Shown here: piece after piece, positions 1 to 7,419 of the stretch | Position numbering within the stretch: the stretch's first letter is position 1 | Layout: every line of letters starts with the position of its first letter | DNA from: Candidatus Thorarchaeota archaeon | GTDB lineage: Archaea; Asgardarchaeota; Thorarchaeia; Thorarchaeales; Thorarchaeaceae | Assembly: GCA_003345595.1 (NCBI GenBank) | Contig: PRDI01000080.1 | Span: 1 to 17,251, forward strand | Direction of reading: 5' to 3' | DNA: 17,251 bases | Position numbers and translations under genes: made by a program | Notes under the pieces: model-generated | What the model was told of the DNA's origin: nothing | Database searches by the model: none | The model's input: the letters and a program-made list of their open reading frames with translations, nothing else

Positions 1-264
1 TACGATAGCCTTCATGTGACTCTGAAGGGTGTTCCAGATATCGAAGCCATCAGAGAACTTGGCGACGTGCTGACGGTCACAGTGAAGTCGAGCAACGGTA
101 ACTCGGAATTGATAGTCACTGCTGCAGACGGATACGAGCTCGCTCATAGGCTTCTGAATCTGATACATCGGAATTCCGAGACTCGTGTAGAACACTTCGA
201 GGTCCGAGAACCGACGCTTGACGATGTCTTCATGCAACTGACTGGAAGGAGGATTGAAGACTAA
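1..264 (+). CDS. ABC exporter ATP-binding subunit (DrrA/NodI-like), C-terminal fragment; 5' end outside window
   Basis: Frame is open from base 1 (YDSLHVTLKG...). It ends in EVREPTLDDVFMQLTGRRIED, the typical C-terminal signature of DrrA-type ATPases. Its TAA overlaps the ATG of the following ABC-2 permease (TAATG, 262-266). Confidence 0.85.
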   Translation, partial: YDSLHVTLKGVPDIEAIRELGDVLTVTVKSSNGNSELIVTAADGYELAHRLLNLIHRNSETRVEHFEVREPTLDDVFMQLTGRRIED

Positions 265-1163
265 TGGCAGCCATTGCGGCCCAGCGAATGACAGAATCCG
301 AAACCAGAACCGAGTACCTCGACAGGTTCAAGCCAAGGCTCATGGACTGGTCTGCCGCACGCGTGTTCATGATGAAGAACCTCGTGATAGCATTGCGCTA
401 TCCTACGAATGTACTCATATGGGGCCTTATTCCGATTCTTTGGCTGGCACCGTACCTGTTGATGATGACGGCCGTCGCAGGACCGGGCACAAGCGAGCAC
501 TTCGCAGAGATTTCCGGGTTCAACGATTTCCTGACTTTTGCTGTAATAGGGTGGTTCGTATACAGGTACATAGACACGAGCATCTGGTCGGTCGGCAACA
601 ACTTCAGGTGGGAGCAGTTCTCAGGAACGCTCGAACCGTTGTTCGTGACACCAGTCCCGTGGATTAGCATCCTTGTTGGCGCCGCCTTTTCAGACACCAT
701 CCAGACAACCGTTTCAGCATTCATTCTCCTAGGGATGTGCACATTGCTGTTTGGTGTGTCATATGCGGCGACAATGATTCTGCCCGTAATCATCGTCATG
801 CTTCTGATGGTGCTCGGTCTGTATGGTTTCAGCTTCATGCTTGCGGGAATGATACTTGTATTCAAGGACCCCAGCGTTCTGACGGAGCTGATCAGCACTG
901 CAGTCTTCACGGTTTCGCCGGTAAACTACCCCTTGCAGGTCCTGCCGACCGGAGTTGCATTCGCTGCATTCCTGATACCTTCGACGACGGCCATCATAGT
1001 GATAAGGGAGCTCGCAATAACAGGGATCTTTCAGCCACTAGCGTTCCTTCAGTCGATTGCATTACTGCTCGGTCTGGTCCTGTTCTTCTGGGTCCTTGGC
1101 GTCGGAGCCTTCAAGTATGCAGAGAAATGGACCAAGACGAAAGGCAGCATAGGAGGGTTCTGA
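264..1163 (+). CDS. ABC-2 type transporter permease
   Basis: 299 aa with about 6 hydrophobic segments. Carries the RWEQFSGTLEPLFVTP (E-x3-GTLE-x-L-x2-P) motif and the SPVNYPLQVLP motif. AGGAGG at 247-252; translationally coupled to the upstream gene. Confidence 0.92.
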   Translation: MAAIAAQRMTESETRTEYLDRFKPRLMDWSAARVFMMKNLVIALRYPTNVLIWGLIPILWLAPYLLMMTAVAGPGTSEHFAEISGFNDFLTFAVIGWFVYRYIDTSIWSVGNNFRWEQFSGTLEPLFVTPVPWISILVGAAFSDTIQTTVSAFILLGMCTLLFGVSYAATMILPVIIVMLLMVLGLYGFSFMLAGMILVFKDPSVLTELISTAVFTVSPVNYPLQVLPTGVAFAAFLIPSTTAIIVIRELAITGIFQPLAFLQSIALLLGLVLFFWVLGVGAFKYAEKWTKTKGSIGGF

Positions 1164-2042
1164 ATGACCACAGCTAAGACAGAGGGCATCTTCGAGAAGA
1201 TGATGGAGAGAGAAGGACCTAGAGCCGAGTTCAGAGCCGCCACTGCTCTTGCGATAAAGACTTGGAAAGTCGAGCTGAGTTACCCTCTGAGTGTGTTGTA
1301 CTTCATTGTTTCTCCGTTTCTCTGGTTCATTCCTTACCTACTTGTTGGGTCTGCAGTAGCAGGAACTCCAACCTCAGCAGTGTTCGGCACTCTAGCGGGC
1401 ACAACAGACTGGGTGAGCTATGTCGCCATAGGCAATGCGTTCAGCGCTCTCGCACTAAGTATCTTCTGGGGGACGGGCAATACCTTCAGGCGTGAACAGA
1501 ACACTGGAACCCTCGAAACCCTTTTGACAACGCCGATGAAGAACGCAACACTGGTTTGGGGGCAAATGCTGCACAACATGCAGCACGGGGGCTTGGGAGT
1601 GATTCTTCAGCTCACCTTCTCAGTGCTTTTCTTCGGAGTTACCATAAACGCTTGGGGTATTCTGCCCTCTCTTGCGATAGTCGCTCTTGCCATCGTAGGC
1701 ATGCAGGGAGTCGTCTTTGCAATGACCTGCGTCGTTCTGCTGGCGAAGCAAGGCTGGATGATAATCGAGGTGATAGGCAGCAGCCTGATGCTGGTGGCAC
1801 CGATCTCCTACCCGATAGCGGTTCTCAATCCAATTCTCCAGTACGTTGCTGTTTCGAGTCCTCTTACATGGAGTGTGGAATCATTCAGGAACTTCCTCAT
1901 GTATGGGCTGATGGCTCCAGGAATACTAGAGTCTATCGTGGTTCTGGCGATACTCGACGTCATCTTCATCTCGGTTGGTTCGGTGCTGTTCAAGCACACT
2001 GACAGGTACGTGAGGTCTCAGGGAGCGCTGTCAGAGTTCTGA
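1164..2042 (+). CDS. ABC-2 type transporter permease (second, divergent subunit)
   Basis: 292 aa with RREQNTGTLETLLTTP and APISYPIAVLNPILQYVAVSSPLTWSVESFR motifs. ATG directly follows the upstream TGA; AGGAGG at 1151-1156. Confidence 0.92.
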   Translation: MTTAKTEGIFEKMMEREGPRAEFRAATALAIKTWKVELSYPLSVLYFIVSPFLWFIPYLLVGSAVAGTPTSAVFGTLAGTTDWVSYVAIGNAFSALALSIFWGTGNTFRREQNTGTLETLLTTPMKNATLVWGQMLHNMQHGGLGVILQLTFSVLFFGVTINAWGILPSLAIVALAIVGMQGVVFAMTCVVLLAKQGWMIIEVIGSSLMLVAPISYPIAVLNPILQYVAVSSPLTWSVESFRNFLMYGLMAPGILESIVVLAILDVIFISVGSVLFKHTDRYVRSQGALSEF

Positions 2043-3394
2043 GCGCACGGTGTGTCACAATCAAGGTAAGACCCTGACTGCTCCTTCTTCTGTATGTGGA
2101 GCTCGCTGATCTGCATTTGAAGCTGAGCAAGGGCCTGTCCGTGGTAGGGATACTTCGATATGAAGAAGATGGCTAACAGAATCGCAATAAGTGGCACAAG
2201 TGACATGAGGAGTTTTATCGCCACGACGGCGGATTCGGGCTGCAGTAGCAGGTGTTCATCGAACCCTGAAAGCGACAGCAAGACTGCGTAAGTCCATGAT
2301 TGTGCCACCATTGCGAATCTCATTATGAATGCGTTGAACCCGTAGTACGAACCCTCCCTGCGTACACCCGTCTTAAGCTCGTCAGCATCAATCGTGAAGG
2401 CGATCAGGATGTCAGGCAGAATCATGAAGCCGCCAATTCCAAGGCCTGCTATCGAGAGGACCACGACGGCAGACCAGAAGTCATTGACAAAGAGTATCCC
2501 CGCAGGCATTAGACCGAGCCAGGCCATGGACAGAATTGCAGCAGTCCTTGGACCTCTTTTGACGTTGATTCTGTTCCACAGAGCAAAGGCTGGAATGCCG
2601 ACCACAAAGAGGGCAACAAACAATGGTATTATGTCTGCATGGATGACGTAGTCTGCAAAGAATGGAAGCGCGCCCGAAGCGACTGCAATGATGTACTCAA
2701 CCTGGAAGTTGTAAGCGACAAACGCAAGGAATGATTGATTTGAGAGAGTGTGCTTCATCGCTTTGAAAGGCGGCAGTGTAGGTTGCTGGAACTCGTGACT
2801 TTCATGACTCCCTGTCAGCGAAACAAGAGCGAACAGCGCGGCAACCAACCCCACTGCAAGTCCTACGCTGGGCCAGCCGATCGTGGAAGCGAATAGAGGA
2901 GGTATCGCCACCCCAGCCAAGAGCCCTGGGACTGAGAAGAGCTGCCGTATCGTCGAGACCTGAGACCTCTCCACATTGCTTGTGAACATCTCGGGGTAGA
3001 GTGCAGTCCAGTTCAGGACAACTATCGTATAGCACGTGTCGTAGAGAAGAAGAGCCGCTGTCAACCAGGTGAACAGGTACAGGTCACCAAGGACCTCAGC
3101 ATTTCCTGGCGGGCCGAAGATCAGAAAGGTGGACAGTGCTAGCGGGGCAGAGAAGACGGCTATCCATGGGATGCGTCTGCCCCACTTGGTCCTTGTCCTG
3201 TCCGACAGATAGCCAAAGAGTGGGTCGTTGAATGCGTTGTATACTGCCCATATCGTGGTCGCTGCTGCGAGCCAATATGCATTCATGTACAGCACGGTCA
3301 AGTAGTAGAACCAGATGTAGGTCTGGATCATATACTGGGGTAGAGCCACTGTGATACTGCCTGAGCAATAGCCAAGCTTCGAGAGAAGACTCAC
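2018..3394 (-). CDS. GPH (MelB-like) family MFS transporter, copy 1
   Basis: 458 aa with about 12 TM segments. Family motifs YNAFNDPLFGYLSDRTRTKWGRRIPW and IDADELKTGVRREGSYYG. The GTG start aligns with the ATG of the paralog at 12432, and TGAGG lies 10 nt upstream. Confidence 0.93.
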   Translation of the reverse strand: MSLLSKLGYCSGSITVALPQYMIQTYIWFYYLTVLYMNAYWLAAATTIWAVYNAFNDPLFGYLSDRTRTKWGRRIPWIAVFSAPLALSTFLIFGPPGNAEVLGDLYLFTWLTAALLLYDTCYTIVVLNWTALYPEMFTSNVERSQVSTIRQLFSVPGLLAGVAIPPLFASTIGWPSVGLAVGLVAALFALVSLTGSHESHEFQQPTLPPFKAMKHTLSNQSFLAFVAYNFQVEYIIAVASGALPFFADYVIHADIIPLFVALFVVGIPAFALWNRINVKRGPRTAAILSMAWLGLMPAGILFVNDFWSAVVVLSIAGLGIGGFMILPDILIAFTIDADELKTGVRREGSYYGFNAFIMRFAMVAQSWTYAVLLSLSGFDEHLLLQPESAVVAIKLLMSLVPLIAILLAIFFISKYPYHGQALAQLQMQISELHIQKKEQSGSYLDCDTPCAQNSDSAP

Positions 3395-3436
3395 TCTACA
3401 GGCCCCTCAAATAAACGGGCCGGGGCGCATGGCAAC

Positions 3437-3442
3437 ATAAAA
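3437..3442 (-). promoter_or_regulatory. TATA-like box for GPH copy 1
   Basis: TTTTAT on the minus strand about 43 nt upstream of GTG 3394. The paralog has an equivalent element at 12469-12475. Confidence 0.5.
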
Positions 3443-3558
3443 GGAGTTCGCCGGGCACCCAGGTTTGTGGTCCGCACTGCGATAGGCTGAGCTAGCGGCT
3501 GCGATTTGTACGCGTGGTCCTGTGTTTGTTCATAACGTCGCTCCTTGGTTCTTGCGGC

Positions 3559-4164
3559 TCACAAGTGCACTGCGAATTTGCATTCCTTCGCCCCTGAGAT
3601 AGATGACTCAATCAGATCAACTTTCACCGGCTTTCCTACAATCGCTTGCCACACGGTCTCGACGAACGCTTTGCTGCAGTTGCAGTACGTCAGCGACGCG
3701 CGCTCTTTCTTGGGCAGTCCTCTGAATAGGGCACAGAAACATCTGAGGCCTTGACCGTACGATTCCGGAGTATAGTAATGGTAGACGACGTTTCCAGCCC
3801 TCTCAATTCTTGTACCTTTCTGAGGGTTCTTTTCTTCTGCTACTATGAAATTGTCTAGCGACTCGAACTTCACTCGTTTCTTCCTGTAACGTTCAACTAG
3901 CCCCTTGTTTACTTGGGCACAGTTGCGGCCACATAATTCCATTATCTGAGTTCTCTTCGTCTTGTCGACCGTCTTGTCAAGTCTGTCAATGGCTCCCTTC
4001 ATCCAAAGGGCTGTTTCTTCAGGTGTGGCCTTCGATAGCTTTTCACTCCCGGAGATGACCTTTCGTGCAGCTTCGGGACCAGCAACCTGCTCTATGCAGC
4101 CCCCGATTTGTTTGACCATGTCTACATGTTTCTTGGTCACGTATTCAGCAGCTCCCTTGTCCAT
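3559..4164 (-). CDS. Cys-rich soluble protein with V4R-like C-terminus (DUF6144-like)
   Basis: 201 aa with CGRNC, CFC, YCNCS and terminal GKPVKVDLIESSISGAKECKFAVHL, matching the V4R-type pattern C...v.v.e.....G...C.F. The family name is from recall of this Cys pattern. Confidence 0.7.
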   Translation of the reverse strand: MDKGAAEYVTKKHVDMVKQIGGCIEQVAGPEAARKVISGSEKLSKATPEETALWMKGAIDRLDKTVDKTKRTQIMELCGRNCAQVNKGLVERYRKKRVKFESLDNFIVAEEKNPQKGTRIERAGNVVYHYYTPESYGQGLRCFCALFRGLPKKERASLTYCNCSKAFVETVWQAIVGKPVKVDLIESSISGAKECKFAVHL

Positions 4165-4226
4165 TGAGCAGACTTACTCTTAGTTGTTCGCATAGGATTG
4201 GCGATAGCATTGCGTTCGTCCCTCAG

Positions 4227-4234
4227 CTTATATT
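4227..4234 (+). promoter_or_regulatory. TATA-like box (CTTATATT) upstream of LLM oxidoreductase
   Basis: AT-rich box about 42 nt upstream of ATG 4276, in a 111-nt divergent intergenic region. Confidence 0.55.
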
Positions 4235-4275
4235 GTGTCTGAATTGCATTGAACCGATTTACCGTGTACCAAGAC

Positions 4276-5163
4276 ATGAGATTCGGAGTTGCATTGCTGC
4301 AACATCTGCCCTGGGATGAGCTTGTGAGAATCGTGAGCCATGTGGAAACGCTGGACTTTGACAGCGTTTGGCTAGCCGATCATTTTGTCAATTACATGAA
4401 TCCGACAGCGCCTTGGTACGAGGCCTGGACTCTCCTAGCGGCTCTGGCTACCTCGACCAAACGCATAAGAATTGGCACGCTCGTCACTTCTGTTTCATTT
4501 CGCAATCCCGCTCTCCTTGCCAGACAGGCAATGACTGTCGATCATATCTCGAACGGCAGACTCGAGCTAGGACTTGGCGCTGGTGCCCCTGGTTCAGAAG
4601 ACTCTAGCTACGCAATGATGGGCATAGAGGACTGGCAACCTTCTGAACGAGTTGCACGTTTCCGCGAACAAGTGGAGATTATTGACCAATGCTTCAGACA
4701 GCCTGTCAGCAGCTATCGTGGCAAGTACTACAAGCTCGAGGGTACGTCGATGGCACCGGGTCCGGTCCAGAAACCTAGACCCCCCATAACCATCGGGGCA
4801 ATGGGCAAAGCAATGCTGAGAATCGCGGCCCAGTACGGTGACAGCTGGAGTTCCTTCGGTGCTGATTTTGGTGCTCCTCCCGATGTTGTGCTTGAGAACA
4901 CCCGGATTAGAAACGAGCTTGTTGACCGATACTGCGAAGACATAGGCAGAGACCCTTCGAGCCTGCGTCGGTCACTACTCATATTTGGAGCAGAAGCGCA
5001 GACTGCGTTTGCTTCCGAAGACAACTTCACCGAAGTTGTTCGGAGGTACAGAGGAATTGGGATGAACGAGTTGGTGTTCTTCTATCCCTTCTTTAACCCC
5101 CAGCAGATTCCAACCTTTGAGCACATTGCGCAGGAGGTCATTCCAATGCTAAGGAGTGACTGA
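4276..5163 (+). CDS. LLM-class (luciferase-like) flavin/F420-dependent oxidoreductase
   Basis: MRFGV start, FDSVWLADHF, RIGTLVTSVSFRNPALLARQAMTVDHISNGRLELGLGAG and PVQKPRPPITIGAMG motifs. ATG 4276 is preferred over TTG 4249 because the family N-terminus begins there and the TATA spacing fits. Confidence 0.92.
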   Translation: MRFGVALLQHLPWDELVRIVSHVETLDFDSVWLADHFVNYMNPTAPWYEAWTLLAALATSTKRIRIGTLVTSVSFRNPALLARQAMTVDHISNGRLELGLGAGAPGSEDSSYAMMGIEDWQPSERVARFREQVEIIDQCFRQPVSSYRGKYYKLEGTSMAPGPVQKPRPPITIGAMGKAMLRIAAQYGDSWSSFGADFGAPPDVVLENTRIRNELVDRYCEDIGRDPSSLRRSLLIFGAEAQTAFASEDNFTEVVRRYRGIGMNELVFFYPFFNPQQIPTFEHIAQEVIPMLRSD

Positions 5164-5515
5164 ACCGTCGAAGCACGTTTGTTCACGTGAACAGATAAAT
5201 GAACAACCCGACGAAGGAGACTACGATTGAAACGGCTCTAGGCATAACCCAACGCCATCCTATGTTCAGGGGATCCTCATCTGTAGTGGTTCAACCTGAC
5301 GCATTCCGCCTTTTCGAAATACTATATTCGCCGAGTACATGAATCAGCATCCACTAGTTCCTTCACCTTGCACGGCAATGTTTGATGGTTATTAGTTGTC
5401 AACACACTACTGCCCTGACGCTGGACTGTCCAGACCAATACGACGCACGAAAACCTGGCATCCAGAATGCATTTTACGAGCTATTGATACGGTGTTCGAA
5501 CAGAGCGGAAGCGAA

Positions 5516-7234
5516 ATGATACTCCTAAACCCGAACAACCTCACTCGCGCATATCCTGACAAGGTTTCGAAAGAGATTATGTCCAAGACCGTCCAGTTCT
5601 TCGAGAACAAGGGAAACGTCAAACTCAGGAACGACGACCATGCGATGGTCTGGTACCAAGACTTCCTCGACTTCGTGAAGCAGAATCGGATCTTCTACAA
5701 GCTGTTGACTCCGCCTCAGTATGGAGAAAAGGACTGTCGTTGGGACACTTGGCGTAATATGGAGTTCAACGAGATACTGGCTTTCTATGGACTGCACTAT
5801 TGGTACACGTGGCAGGTTTCAGCCTTGGGTCTGAGTCCGATATGGATGAGCAAGAATGAAGAAGTGAAGCAGAAGACGGGTCAGCTTCTGAAGAACGGTG
5901 GTGTGTTCGCTTTCGGTCTTAGTGAGAAACAACATGGTGCAGACATCTACTCTTCAGAGATGCAGCTTAAGGTCCTTGGTGGAGGCAAGTATGTAGCGAG
6001 GGGATCCAAGTACTATATCGGCAATGGCAACATAGCTAGCCTGGTATCAGTCTTTGGCAAGACTGATAGACCAATGGATCCTGCTGACGAGAAGTATGGC
6101 AACTATGTCTTTTTTGCCGTCAGCACGCAGCATCCCAACTACGAGTGCGTAAGGAACGTCGTGGCAGTCCAGTCGTACGTGGCTGAGTACAAGCTGAATG
6201 ACTACCCAATAACTGATGCAGACATCCTCTCGAAAGGGCGCGAGGCTTGGGACTGTACACTGAACACCGTCAACGTATGCAAGTTCAATCTGGGCTGGGC
6301 CGCAATAGGGATATGTACCCATGCTCTCTATGAAGCCATCAATCATGCGGCCAACCGATTCCTGTATGGTCAGTGGGTAACTGACTTCTCCCACATACGC
6401 AGTCTGTTCGTCGACGCCTATGCTCGTCTTGTGGCGATGAAGTTGTATGGTCTCCGCGCTGGTGACTACATGCGAACGGCTTCTCTTCATGACCGCCGCT
6501 ACATACTCTACAACAGTCTAGTGAAGATGAAGGTCACGACCGAGGGAGAGCGAGTCATTGACCTTCTTTGGGACGTGATAGCCGCCAGGGGGTTTGAAGC
6601 AGAAACATACTTTTCTTCGGCGACCCGAGATATTAGAGCACTTCCGAAACTGGAAGGCACGGTCCACGTCAACATGGCCCAGATCATCAAGTTCATGCCA
6701 GCATTCTTCTTCATGCCCGAGAAATGTCCAGAGATAACGAGAGTTGATGCTGCAAGGCATGATGAGTTCATGTTCAATCAAGGACCAACGAAGGGTGCGA
6801 GTCAGATACGGTTTCACGACTATCACAAGACGTACGACAGTGTGAGCCTGCCTAACGTTGACATCTTCAAAGAACAGATTCGGATATTCATTGAGTTCAT
6901 GACAGATGCGACGCCCAGCGAAGAACAGGGGAGAGATTTGGACTTCAGTCTCAATGCAGGCGAGCTGTTCACCTTAGTGGTATACGGCCAGCTGATAATG
7001 GAGGCTGCCAAGGAGTATGACATTGGTGATGCCCTACTCGATCAGATATTCAACTTCGCAGTCCGCGATTTCTCACGATATGCCCTTCTGCTTCACTCCA
7101 AACCAAGCACCACCGAGAAACAGCAACAGATACTCTTGAGATGTATCAGGAAACCACATGTTGACGAAGAACGCTTCAGGCAGGTTTGGGATGAGGTCTA
7201 CTCACTCAGAGGCTTCTATGAAACCAAGAAGTGA
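5516..7234 (+). CDS. Acyl-CoA dehydrogenase (long, about 572 aa type)
   Basis: FAFGLSEKQHGAD (FAD-binding), GSKYYIGNG, KFNLGWAAIGIC and LPKLEGTVHVN (EGT catalytic-Glu position). Start moved from TTG 5396 to ATG 5516 (MILLNP), with TTTTAC at 5472-5477 upstream. Confidence 0.92.
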   Translation: MILLNPNNLTRAYPDKVSKEIMSKTVQFFENKGNVKLRNDDHAMVWYQDFLDFVKQNRIFYKLLTPPQYGEKDCRWDTWRNMEFNEILAFYGLHYWYTWQVSALGLSPIWMSKNEEVKQKTGQLLKNGGVFAFGLSEKQHGADIYSSEMQLKVLGGGKYVARGSKYYIGNGNIASLVSVFGKTDRPMDPADEKYGNYVFFAVSTQHPNYECVRNVVAVQSYVAEYKLNDYPITDADILSKGREAWDCTLNTVNVCKFNLGWAAIGICTHALYEAINHAANRFLYGQWVTDFSHIRSLFVDAYARLVAMKLYGLRAGDYMRTASLHDRRYILYNSLVKMKVTTEGERVIDLLWDVIAARGFEAETYFSSATRDIRALPKLEGTVHVNMAQIIKFMPAFFFMPEKCPEITRVDAARHDEFMFNQGPTKGASQIRFHDYHKTYDSVSLPNVDIFKEQIRIFIEFMTDATPSEEQGRDLDFSLNAGELFTLVVYGQLIMEAAKEYDIGDALLDQIFNFAVRDFSRYALLLHSKPSTTEKQQQILLRCIRKPHVDEERFRQVWDEVYSLRGFYETKK

Positions 7235-7365
7235 GTAACCGTTCCTATATCGGAGGACGAGCCAGGACTAAGTTTCATTGTCGCACAATTGCCGGGACTC
7301 GATTGTCCATTTAGTCTGATTGAGTCGGTGCATGGCGCCGAGGCGTAGTCAGCGGTCATGCCAAG

Positions 7366-7373
7366 CTTAATAT
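7366..7373 (+). promoter_or_regulatory. TATA-like box (CTTAATAT) upstream of MFS gene
   Basis: About 47 nt upstream of ATG 7420, in the same AGCTTA context as the box at 4225-4234. Confidence 0.55.
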
Positions 7374-7419
7374 CATGCATTTTCTAGGGCCCGGTCAATA
7401 CAGACAGAGCTGAGTAGCC

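Noticed and set aside
3443-3452. GGAGTTCGCC resembling part of a fluoride riboswitch
   Set aside because: Lacks the preceding GGNGAU and the downstream CUGAUG elements, and is on the opposite strand to the adjacent gene.
3391-3558. 55 open codons after the TGA of the Cys-rich gene, suggesting readthrough
   Set aside because: The protein already ends at the natural V4R-like terminus, an open run of this length is unremarkable at this GC content, and it covers the next gene's promoter.
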